A DNA stretch of 44,147 nt from Pseudomonadales bacterium (GCA_028279115.1 JANQSV010000087.1:1-44147); one strand, 5' to 3'; counted from the stretch's first letter, positions 26,452 to 35,036 are shown. Notes: generated from the letters alone by a model not told the origin. Made by a program: numbers and translations.

Positions 26452-28008
26452 ATGCCAAAAAAGACCCTCAACAACGGCGCTAACCTCGGTTTCGAAGCCC
26501 AGCTATGGGCCGCAGCAGACAAGCTGCGCGGCAACATGGAGCCGTCCGACTACAAACATGTCGCCTTGGGCCTGATTTTCCTGAAATACATCTCGGATGC
26601 CTCCGAGGCCAAGCGAGCGGAATTGCTGAAAGACGATCTGGCCGATGCCGAGGATCCCGAGGAATACCTCGCCGAAAACGTCTTCTGGGTGCCGAGGGAG
26701 GCTCGCTGGTCGCATCTGCAAGCTGCGGCAAAGGAAGCGATGATCGGCAAGCACATCGACAACGCCATGCTTGCGATTGAGGCCAAAAATGCCTCACTTA
26801 AGGGCGTCCTGCCGAAAGAATACGCTCGCCCGGCACTCAACAAGGTCATGCTCGGCGAACTTATCGATCTTGTGAGCGGTATCGGCATGGCCGAGGAGTC
26901 TGATCGCTCCCGCGACATTCTCGGTCGGGTCTACGAATATTTCCTCGGCAGCTTCGCCGGTTCCGAGGGCAAACGCGGCGGCGAGTTTTACACGCCCCGC
27001 TCCGTTGTCCGGCTGCTCGTCGAGATGCTGGAACCCTACAAAGGCCGCGTCTACGACCCTTGCTGCGGCTCCGGCGGCATGTTCGTCCAGTCCGAGAAGT
27101 TCGTCGAAGAGCATGGCGAGCGCATCGGCGACATCGCCATCTACGGGCAGGAAAGCAATTACACGACCTGGCGGCTCGCGAAGATGAACCTGGCGGTGCG
27201 CGGCATCGACGCCGACATCCGTTGGAACAACGAAGGCAGTTTCCATAGAGACGAGTTGCCAGACCTGAAGGCCGACTTCATCCTCGCCAATCCACCCTTC
27301 AATATCTCCGATTGGGGCGGCGACCGATTGCGGGAAGACGCGCGCTGGAAGTTCGGCGTGCCGCCGAAGGGCAATGCCAATTATGCGTGGCTTCAGCATA
27401 TGCATCATCATCTCGCGCCGAACGGCACGGCGGGCGTGGTGCTCGCCAACGGCTCGATGTCGTCGGCGCAGTCCGGCGAAGGCGCAATCCGCCGCGCCAT
27501 GGTCGAGGCCGACGTTGTGGATTGCATGGTCGCCCTGCCCGGCCAGCTTTTCTATTCCACCCAGATTCCCGCCTGTCTCTGGTTTCTCGCCCGCAACAAG
27601 AATCCCGATAATGGCTGGCGCGACCGGCGCGGCGAAGTGCTATTCATCGACGCCCGCAAGCATGGGCGCATGGTTGACCGAACCCGCAGGGAGTTTACCG
27701 ACGAGGACATCGCCCAAATCGCCGACACATATCACGCCTGGCGCAGCACGCGGGGCACGGCCAGATACATGGACGAGCCGGGATTCTGCAAATCCGTGAC
27801 TTTGGAAGAGATCGGGCGGCACAATCATGTGCTGACACCGGGTCGCTATGTCGGCGCGGCGGCGGCTGAGGATGACGGCGAGCCGTTTGACGACAAGATG
27901 AAACGGTTGGTCGCCCAACTGCGCGGACAGCGGGCAGAAGGGGTGAAGCTGGACGCAGCGATTGCGGCGAATCTTAAATCGCTGGGCTATTGGGAGCATG
28001 GCGAATGA
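26452..28008 (+). CDS. hsdM: Type I restriction-modification system methyltransferase subunit HsdM
   Basis: N-terminal HsdM domain ([32 protein letters not shown]), AdoMet motif DPCCGSGGM and catalytic NPPFN. Confidence 0.95.
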   Translation: MPKKTLNNGANLGFEAQLWAAADKLRGNMEPSDYKHVALGLIFLKYISDASEAKRAELLKDDLADAEDPEEYLAENVFWVPREARWSHLQAAAKEAMIGKHIDNAMLAIEAKNASLKGVLPKEYARPALNKVMLGELIDLVSGIGMAEESDRSRDILGRVYEYFLGSFAGSEGKRGGEFYTPRSVVRLLVEMLEPYKGRVYDPCCGSGGMFVQSEKFVEEHGERIGDIAIYGQESNYTTWRLAKMNLAVRGIDADIRWNNEGSFHRDELPDLKADFILANPPFNISDWGGDRLREDARWKFGVPPKGNANYAWLQHMHHHLAPNGTAGVVLANGSMSSAQSGEGAIRRAMVEADVVDCMVALPGQLFYSTQIPACLWFLARNKNPDNGWRDRRGEVLFIDARKHGRMVDRTRREFTDEDIAQIADTYHAWRSTRGTARYMDEPGFCKSVTLEEIGRHNHVLTPGRYVGAAAAEDDGEPFDDKMKRLVAQLRGQRAEGVKLDAAIAANLKSLGYWEHGE

Positions 28009-28256
28009 GCATGAACGTTGTCGAACTGATTGAACTTTTGAGAGGCTATCCGCCCGAACTCCGTGTAGTCGTGGACGGATACGAAGAAGGTTATGACGAT
28101 CTGTCGCCGGATCAACTGTCGGTGGCAAGAATCAGCCTCGACACTGGCAAGTCATCTTGGCAGGGAAAACATGGGGAAGCGGTCGACTTGGCTGGGACGC
28201 CCTCTGATGCCGTCAAGGTTGTCAATGCCTTGGTCCTGCGCCGCACATCCCAGTGA
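28005..28256 (+). CDS. hypothetical protein (83 aa), translationally coupled to hsdM
   Basis: ATG 28005 overlaps the hsdM stop (ATGA). The product [32 protein letters not shown]... matches no family I recognise. Confidence 0.5.
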   Translation: MSMNVVELIELLRGYPPELRVVVDGYEEGYDDLSPDQLSVARISLDTGKSSWQGKHGEAVDLAGTPSDAVKVVNALVLRRTSQ

Positions 28257-28272
28257 TGGAGGTCTATGGGAA

Positions 28273-28695
28273 ATGGACAAGATAGACTATTCAAAATTTC
28301 AATTATCCCTGAAACGTCTCGAAGAACAGTACGAGAATCACCGACACGCCGATACATCCCTCCCGGAAATTACCCGCGAAGGTATTGCGGAGTCTGTCAT
28401 TCAACGCTTCAAGACTTGTTACGATTGTCTTTGGAAAGTGCTGAAGCGGTATTTGATCGTGGAATTGGGAGTCGCGGACCCGCCCAACAGTCCCAAACCC
28501 GTGTTTCGTCTCGCACGTGAAAACCAAGTGCTTTCCAGCGCACTTGAGGAATGGTTCGGCTATGCGGAAGCCCGAACCAACACATCGCACGACTATGATG
28601 GTGAAAAAGCCAAAGCGTGTCTGGCTTTGACACCGAACTTCATCGCCGATGCAGTCGGACTTTACGAGACAATGACCGGCCAGTCGTGGCAATGA
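28273..28695 (+). CDS. HEPN-domain protein, HI0074-type nucleotidyltransferase substrate-binding family (putative RNase toxin)
   Basis: ATG 28273 with GGAGG 10 nt upstream. FQLSLKRLEE..., IQRFKTCYDCLWKVLKRYL and an intact Rx4H motif (RTNTSH, codons 28573-28590). Confidence 0.8.
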   Translation: MDKIDYSKFQLSLKRLEEQYENHRHADTSLPEITREGIAESVIQRFKTCYDCLWKVLKRYLIVELGVADPPNSPKPVFRLARENQVLSSALEEWFGYAEARTNTSHDYDGEKAKACLALTPNFIADAVGLYETMTGQSWQ

Positions 28696-30296
28696 CCCGA
28701 TCAATAGATCTTTCGGTTCGAGAACAGGAGATGGTTCGGAAATTGCTCGCGCGATTTCTCCCGAATACCGAAGCCTGGGTGTATGGCTCCCGCGTCCACT
28801 GGACCTCGCGCCCCGAATCGGATCTCGACATGGTTGTGTTCACAACGCCCGAGCAGGCTGGTGCGGTATCGAAACTTAGGGAGGCGTTCGACGAAAGCGA
28901 TCTGACGTTTCGTGTTGATCTTTTCGTTTGGGACAACGTGCCCCCAGAGTTTCGCCACGAAATCGAGCGGGAACATGTGGTGTTGGTTGAGTCGGCGACC
29001 TGCTCTAGAGGATGGAAGCAGCGCCAACAACTCGGCGACTGCATTTTAATGAACGAAGATACTTACTCGCCAAAGGAAAAATGGCCTTTCGTAAATTATC
29101 TTGAGACCGGAAACATCTCGGAAAACCGAATAGAGAAGATTTTGCACATTATCCCGGAGCGAGAAAAGCTGCCCAGTCGCGCCCGCCGCAAGGCCCGATC
29201 AGGAGGTGAAATAGTCTACTCAACAGTGCGCCCAAATCAGAGACACTTTGGCATATTGCGCGAAGTACCGGAGAACTTTCTTGCTTCTACAGAATTCGCC
29301 ATTTTTCGGGGTAAAGAGGCCATTGCGGACACTGGGTTTATCTACCGGTTTCTAATCCAGGACCATGTCGTTGAGCGACTTCATACTATCGCCGAGCACA
29401 GCACATCAGCCTACCCGTCAATCAGACCTGCGGATATCGAGCGTTTGGAGATTTCCCTACCGCCCGTCGCTGAACAACGCACCATCGCCAACATTCTCGG
29501 CAAACTTGATGACAAGATCGAGTTGAACCGCCAGATGAACGAAACGCTGGAGGCGATGGCACGAGCGATCTTCAAGGACTGGTTCGTCGATTTCGGTCCC
29601 ACCCGCGCCAAGTCCAAAGGTCTCGCTCCATACTTGACCCCCGAACTTTGGGACCTATTCCCCGACGCACTGGATGACGAAGATAAGCCGGTTGGATGGT
29701 CGTTAGCTGAGTTGACGGCAGTCGCCGACATCAATCCAGAATCTTGGTCCAGAATAAACTGCCCGGAAGAAGTTGAGTATGTGGACCTCGCGAACACAAA
29801 GTGGGGGACAATTGAGGCCACGCACCGATTCGATTGGCAACAAGCGCCAAGTCGGGCAAAACGCGTTCTTCGCCCCGGAGATACAATCGTAGGAATGGTT
29901 AGGCCCGGTAACGGGTCTTTTGCATTTATCGGCGTACCCGGCCTAACCGGAAGTACTGGATTTGCAGTTCTCAGACCGTTAGAAAATCGTCACAGTGAAG
30001 TGGTGTATCTCGCTGCGACTGATCCTGAAAACATCAAGCGCCTTGCTAATCTGGCTGATGGTGCGGCCTATCCGTCAGTTCGTCCTGAAGTCGTGGGAGC
30101 AACCGAGATCGCCGTGTCAGACGACGCGGTTATCGCCAGCTTTTCGGCACTTGTTTCGCCCTTGTTTGACCGTATGGAGACCAACAAAGTGGAGGAAAAC
30201 GCGCTTGTCCAGACCCGCGATTTCCTTCTGCCCAAACTAATTTCCGGTGAAATTCGCCTGAACCAAGCAAAGAAACTCGAGGAGCCAGCATCATGA
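28692..30296 (+). CDS. hsdS: In-frame fusion: MNT nucleotidyltransferase (HI0073-type, about 100 aa) plus full-length Type I specificity subunit HsdS
   Basis: ATG 28692 overlaps the HEPN stop (ATGA). The MNT motif is GSRVHWTSRPESDLDMVV (GSx10DxD) ... VDLFVWD. There is no stop before the HsdS-like GWKQRQQLGDCI. HsdS central conserved region AEQRTIANILGKLDDKIELNRQMNETLEAMARAIFKDWFVDF and distal region TRDFLLPKLISGEIRL are both present. I checked the frame codon by codon across 28920-29050. Confidence 0.8.
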   Translation: MTRSIDLSVREQEMVRKLLARFLPNTEAWVYGSRVHWTSRPESDLDMVVFTTPEQAGAVSKLREAFDESDLTFRVDLFVWDNVPPEFRHEIEREHVVLVESATCSRGWKQRQQLGDCILMNEDTYSPKEKWPFVNYLETGNISENRIEKILHIIPEREKLPSRARRKARSGGEIVYSTVRPNQRHFGILREVPENFLASTEFAIFRGKEAIADTGFIYRFLIQDHVVERLHTIAEHSTSAYPSIRPADIERLEISLPPVAEQRTIANILGKLDDKIELNRQMNETLEAMARAIFKDWFVDFGPTRAKSKGLAPYLTPELWDLFPDALDDEDKPVGWSLAELTAVADINPESWSRINCPEEVEYVDLANTKWGTIEATHRFDWQQAPSRAKRVLRPGDTIVGMVRPGNGSFAFIGVPGLTGSTGFAVLRPLENRHSEVVYLAATDPENIKRLANLADGAAYPSVRPEVVGATEIAVSDDAVIASFSALVSPLFDRMETNKVEENALVQTRDFLLPKLISGEIRLNQAKKLEEPAS

Positions 30297-31243
30297 GTGC
30301 ATTGCTCGGTAGAACCGTTCGACTGTTTCTCGCGGAAGGTAAAGCTTCGGGGCTTACCACCGCAGAGATAATGAACTGGACAGGACACGTTCTTGCCGGC
30401 TCCCGAAGCGGGTTGCCGGCCTTTTTGAAACGCCCCGAGTTTGAGCGCACCGGCATCTACTTTCTGATCGGACCTGATCCGAAAGATCCCGAAACACTCC
30501 AAATCTACATCGGCGAAAGCGATGTTGTCCGCAATCGACTCGTTCAACACGGCAAGGACGAGAGTAAAGAATTCTGGGACCGCGTCTGCGTTGTCACGAG
30601 TAAAGATCAGAACATCACGAAAGCGCACGCGCGCTATCTGGAAGCACGTCTGATTGCAATAGCGAATGCTTCCGGCAACGTCACCGTCGTGAACGGAACG
30701 GCACCACCGCCAATTTCACTGCCCGAGGCTGATGAATCCGACATGGAGTTTTTCATTGAACAGATCAAGCTGATCTTTCCCGTTCTCGGCTTCGATTTCC
30801 TACGACAATACAAGATTGAGGTCGAAACAGCTCGAGAATCTGCTAAACGCTTGGGAGACCGAAGCGACACCCCCATTTTCCGATTGATCAACCAAAAGCG
30901 CGGGATTGAGGCGCAGGCGCAGGAGTTGGGCGGGGAGTTTGTGGTGCTGCAAGGCTCAACAGCAGTCGCCGCTTGGTCAAGCAAAGCTGACCACAGCTAT
31001 GCCAAACTGCATCGGCGACTTGTAAATTCCGGCAAGCTTGCCCCAAGGGATGGCTCTATCCTACGATTTTCCGAAGATGTGGTTTTCTCGAGCCCAAGCG
31101 CGGCGGCTGCGGTCATTCTCGGACGTACTGACAATGGACGAAAATCTTGGAAGCTCAGCAAATCGGGTGTTTCTTATGCCGATTGGCAAGCGCAGCAGGT
31201 CGTCTCGGCGGCTTTGGCAAATCTCGCGGATGCCCCAGCATGA
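30293..31243 (+). CDS. GIY-YIG nuclease family protein with C-terminal DUF4357
   Basis: ATG overlaps the hsdS stop (ATGA). N-terminal RLFLAEGKASGLTTAEIMNWTG, GIY-YIG core GIYFLIG...IYIGESD..RL.QH, and NITKAHARYLEARLI. The C-terminus (FSSPSAAAAVILGRTDNGRKSWK) is typical of DUF4357. Confidence 0.8.
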   Translation: MSALLGRTVRLFLAEGKASGLTTAEIMNWTGHVLAGSRSGLPAFLKRPEFERTGIYFLIGPDPKDPETLQIYIGESDVVRNRLVQHGKDESKEFWDRVCVVTSKDQNITKAHARYLEARLIAIANASGNVTVVNGTAPPPISLPEADESDMEFFIEQIKLIFPVLGFDFLRQYKIEVETARESAKRLGDRSDTPIFRLINQKRGIEAQAQELGGEFVVLQGSTAVAAWSSKADHSYAKLHRRLVNSGKLAPRDGSILRFSEDVVFSSPSAAAAVILGRTDNGRKSWKLSKSGVSYADWQAQQVVSAALANLADAPA

Positions 31244-31503
31244 TTCGCGTTTCTGTAGTTCTGAAGCTTCTCCCCTCTGGGCACCTGAATACGTTGGCGT
31301 CCTTCAAAAATTCCGCGCCGATTTTAGTAAGCCTTTTAATTTCCGGCAAATTTCGCCTTCAGACTGCCGAAAAGGCAGTAGAAGCCATAGCGTGATTCGT
31401 ACGCCATCATTCCAAATTTCTCCAAAATCTCGTGTGCGAAGCCGTGGTGATGGGATAATCGCGCCATTACATTCGCATACGCAGTAACTGGAGCAGGCAA
31501 GCA

Positions 31504-32511
31504 ATGCGCACGAACGAAATCCCCACAGCCCCGGGCGGCGAGGTCGTCGTGTACGAATCCAAGGAGGGCCAAGTTCACTTGGATGTTCGCTTCGAGCGGG
31601 AATCGGTCTGGCTGACGCAACGGCAGATGTCGGAGGTTTTCAAGACTTCAACTGACAACGTCAGCTTGCACCTTAAGAACATTTACGAAACGGATGAACT
31701 GGAAGAAGCGGCAACTACCGAGGATTTCTTGGTAGTTCGATCTGAAGGCAACAGATCAGTCAAGCGGGAGATCAAGCATTACAATCTGGACGCGATCATT
31801 TCGGTCGGCTACCGGGTCAACTCCAAGCGGGCCGTGCTTTTTCGCCAGTGGGCTACCCGCACCTTGCGTGGGCATCTCGTTCGCGGCTACACGCTGAACG
31901 AGCGCAGGCTGGCCGAACGCGGCCTCGACGAGGCGAGGCAGACCTTGGAGTTGCTCGCCCGCACACTCAAGAACCAAGCACTCGTAGACGAAACCGGAAG
32001 CGCGGTGCTGCAAATCATAACCGGCTACGCTGACACTTGGCGCCTGCTGTTCGAATACGATGAGGACCGACTTGCGGCGCCTGCCGACGGAAAACCCGCC
32101 ACGAGCGCGCTTGATCTCGAAATCACCCTCGCCGCGATCGACGCTTTCAAACGCGACCTCTCCGCGAAAGGCGAAGCCTCGGCACTGTTCGGCAACCCGC
32201 GTGGCGATGGATTGGAGGCGATACTCGGCAACATCGAGCAAACGATGTTCGGCGAACCGCTCTATCGAAGTCGCGAGGAAAAGGCCGCCAATCTGCTCTA
32301 TTTCGTGGTCAAAGACCATCCCTTCACAGACGGCAACAAGCGCATCGGCACCCTGCTGTTCCTGCTCTATCTGACGCGGGAGAATATCTCGCACCGGCTC
32401 GACCCCAGGGGATTGACGGCGCTTACCCTGCTGATCGCGGAAAGCGAACCCGCGAACAAAGACCTGATGATCCGCCTCATCATGAATCTCATGAGCGATT
32501 TCGGAAGATGA
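31504..32511 (+). CDS. RhuM-family protein with C-terminal Fic/DOC domain
   Basis: The RhuM N-terminus reads VWLTQRQMSEVF...YNLDAIISVGYRVNSKRAVLFRQWATRTLR. An intact Fic motif, HPFTDGNKRIG, lies near the C-terminus. Confidence 0.88.
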   Translation: MRTNEIPTAPGGEVVVYESKEGQVHLDVRFERESVWLTQRQMSEVFKTSTDNVSLHLKNIYETDELEEAATTEDFLVVRSEGNRSVKREIKHYNLDAIISVGYRVNSKRAVLFRQWATRTLRGHLVRGYTLNERRLAERGLDEARQTLELLARTLKNQALVDETGSAVLQIITGYADTWRLLFEYDEDRLAAPADGKPATSALDLEITLAAIDAFKRDLSAKGEASALFGNPRGDGLEAILGNIEQTMFGEPLYRSREEKAANLLYFVVKDHPFTDGNKRIGTLLFLLYLTRENISHRLDPRGLTALTLLIAESEPANKDLMIRLIMNLMSDFGR

Positions 32512-32602
32512 GTAATCAACCGCCCCCAAATCACCGAGCGCCACGCGAACCGGCGAATGCGCCCGGTCTGGTGATTCCGAAACTTTTGGCGGGTGAACGT
32601 CC

Positions 32603-32803
32603 ATGATTCGAGTCTCCGTTAATCCAGAGTTACTGCGTTGGGCGCGTGAACGCGCCGATATTACACAGGAAGACTTGTTGCCGAAGTTCAAAAAACTGGC
32701 GGACTGGGAGAGTGGACAAGCGCAGCCTACACTCAAGCAACTGGAATCGTTCGCAAAATCTGTCCATGTGCCGTTCGGCTATTTGTTCCTTGCGGAGACA
32801 TAA
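32603..32803 (+). pseudogene. 5' remnant (66 codons) of an XRE-HTH/ImmA-IrrE-type gene
   Basis: [56 protein letters not shown] is the N-terminal HTH module of proteins that normally continue for about 300 more residues into a metallopeptidase domain. Here it stops at 32803, 8 nt before the hsdR remnant. Confidence 0.6.
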
Positions 32804-32811
32804 AGATTGTC

Positions 32812-34161
32812 ATGACTGGCGCCGCCTCGGACCCGAAAGAATGGCAGCAGCACATCGGCGGCAAAGCGCGCCGAGAGTTGCTTGCCAAGCGGGCCAAAGA
32901 TCCTGACGACCCGCTCAAGCTGGTAATCGTCCGAGACATGTGGCTGACGGGCTTTGACGTACCGAGCATGCACACTATGTACGTCGACAAGCCCATGCGA
33001 GGGCACGGGCTCATGCAGGCAATCGCGCGAGTGAACCGCGTGTTTCGCGACAAGCCTGCCGGACTGGTCGTGGACTACATCGGCATTGCCCAGAATCTGA
33101 AATCGGCGCTCAGCCAGTATTCGGGCGAGGATCGGCAATACGCCGGCATCGACGAATCCGAAGCTGTCGCCGTGATGATGGAAAAGTACGAGATCGTATG
33201 CGGCATGTTCCACGGTTTCGACTACCGGGCCGGGCTCATCGGCACTCCACAGGAGCGGCTTGTTGCTCTCGCCCATGCAATCGAGTGGGTGCTAGAAATG
33301 CAGCAACGCGAGGCAGCCAGGGAATCGACCGAAGAAGGCAAGAAACAAGCGCATCGCCGGTTCAACGATGCAGTACTCGCCCTAACCAAGGCGTTCGCTC
33401 TGGCGGCTGCGAGCGACGAGGCGCGCAGCATCCGCGATGAGGTCGGCTTCTTCCAGACGGTTCGGTCGGCGCTCGCCAAGAGCGCTCCCGGCTCGGGAAC
33501 CTCTTCCCCCCAGCGGGATCTTGCGGTGCAGCAGATCATCAGCCGCGCCGTCGTCTCGACCGATATCATCGATATTCTCGAAGCCGCTGGGTTGGAATCG
33601 CCGGACATCTCCATTCTCTCCGACGAGTTCCTCGAAGAGGTTCAGGGAATGGAAAAGAAGAACCTTGCCATGGAGGCACTTCGAAAACTCATCAACGGCG
33701 AGATTCGCTCGCAAAGCCGAGTAAACGTCGTGCAGACTCGAGCTTTTTCCGACCGGGTAGAGGAAGCAATCGCCCGCTACCATACCAACGCCATAACAAC
33801 CGCGGAGGTCATCCAGCGGCTGATCGAACTTGCCAAGGACATCCGCGCCGCGCACAAACGCAGCGAGGAGGAAGGGCTTACACAGGAGGAAATCGCCTTC
33901 TACGATGCATTGGCTCAGAACGAAAGCGCTGTCGAGGTCATGAGTAATCAGCACCTTCGCGTAATTGCTCATGAGCTATTGAGCAGCCTGAAGAACAAAG
34001 CCTCCGTCGATTGGCAGCACCGCGAATCGGCGCGGGCGCGAATGCGTGTTCTCGTCAAACGCATACTCCGCAAGCACGGCTATCCGCCCGACCTCCAGGA
34101 CGCCGCCGTACAGACCGTCTTGCAACAGGCCGAGGTTCTCTCGGCGAAATGGGCCGCATGA
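32812..34161 (+). pseudogene. hsdR: hsdR remnant: C-terminal ~45% of a Type I restriction subunit
   Basis: Begins in the late helicase region ([42 protein letters not shown]). Runs through the C-terminal helical domain ([19 protein letters not shown]...[18 protein letters not shown]). The nuclease domain and helicase motifs I-IV are missing, and only about 300 bp separate it from the previous gene. Confidence 0.85.
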
Positions 34162-34317
34162 CGAACAGGACGTTGCATGCAAGCAAATGATGAAAGTTTG
34201 GTAGATTTTTCTTGGACTCGCCTAGGCCGAAACAATTGGATAAGTGGAAAATACCTAGATAGTGTCCTAGTGTCGTATCGTGTGCGCTACGCGAACAACC
34301 CGTACGCTGAACGAACC

Positions 34318-34605
34318 CTATACGGCAACAATGCGTTCGACATTAATCTTTTGTTCCAGATCGCGCGACTGGGCAAGATCGAAAGCCAACTGCATACCTA
34401 GCCAAGTCTCGGGCGTAGAACCGAAAGCTTTCGACAGCCGGTAAGCCATTTCGATGGAAACGGACGCCTTTTCGTTGACCAGATGGGAAAGCGTTTGACG
34501 TCCGACGCCAAGCCGTCTGGCGCCTTCCGATACCGACAGGGCTAACGGCTTCAAACAATCTTCTCGCACGATGGCGCCAGGGTGCACCGGGTTCTTCATT
34601 GCCAT
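34318..34605 (-). CDS. higA: HigA-family antitoxin (XRE HTH)
   Basis: NPVHPGAIVREDCLKPLALSVSEGARRLGVGRQTLSHLVNEKASVSIEMAYRLSKAFGSTPETWL. A GGAGG RBS overlaps the higB stop. Confidence 0.9.
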   Translation of the reverse strand: MAMKNPVHPGAIVREDCLKPLALSVSEGARRLGVGRQTLSHLVNEKASVSIEMAYRLSKAFGSTPETWLGMQLAFDLAQSRDLEQKINVERIVAV

Positions 34606-34616
34606 TTCAGGACCTC

Positions 34617-34898
34617 CTAATAATGGTAATCCAGATAGTCCACATCTACCGCGTGGCCGTCCTCAAACCGAAAGGTCACCCGCCAGTTGGCTGAGACGGA
34701 AACGGCATATCGCCCCTTCATGGGACCTTTGAGTGGATGAAGCCTGAAGCCGGGAATATCCATTCCACTTGGGTTGCTGCTCCAGTCCAGCGCGGTCAGG
34801 ATTCGCAACAATTTCGGAACATGACCCTGCACCACCCGTGCCGAGCGTCCTTTCTCGTAAATTTCTTTCAGGCCGCTGTGCCGGAACGATTTGATCAC
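34617..34898 (-). CDS. higB: type II toxin HigB (RelE/ParE superfamily)
   Basis: GTG start. MIKSFRHSGLKEIYEKG...GRYAVSVSANWRVTFRFEDGHAVDVDYLDYHY. Confidence 0.9.
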   Translation of the reverse strand: MIKSFRHSGLKEIYEKGRSARVVQGHVPKLLRILTALDWSSNPSGMDIPGFRLHPLKGPMKGRYAVSVSANWRVTFRFEDGHAVDVDYLDYHY

Positions 34899-34904
34899 AA
34901 ACGA

Positions 34905-34933
34905 AGTGTATGGTGCCTATCGACAGCAGTCAA
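34905..34933 (-). promoter_or_regulatory. Candidate higB-2 promoter (near-leaderless geometry)
   Basis: Minus strand reads TTGACT (34933-34928), a 17-bp spacer, TACACT (34910-34905), then 6 nt to GTG 34898. Confidence 0.45.
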
Positions 34934-35036
34934 TCACAACCGGAATGGAACACTAACTCTTATCCGAGGATGACATTACCCCTTCACATAGCCCCGCCCG
35001 TCTGTTTAGATTGAATCCCCCCACAGGAGGATCGAA

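Noticed and set aside
31336-31620. 94-aa minus-strand ORF spanning the gap before the RhuM-Fic gene.
   Set aside because: It overlaps the well-supported RhuM-Fic start on the opposite strand and has no family resemblance or RBS. The part inside the gap is only about 40 codons.
34177-34401. 74-aa plus-strand ORF in the AT-richer stretch after the hsdR remnant.
   Set aside because: It overlaps the 3' end of higA-2 on the opposite strand by 84 nt. It has no RBS and no recognisable family, and is more likely island junk or intergenic DNA.
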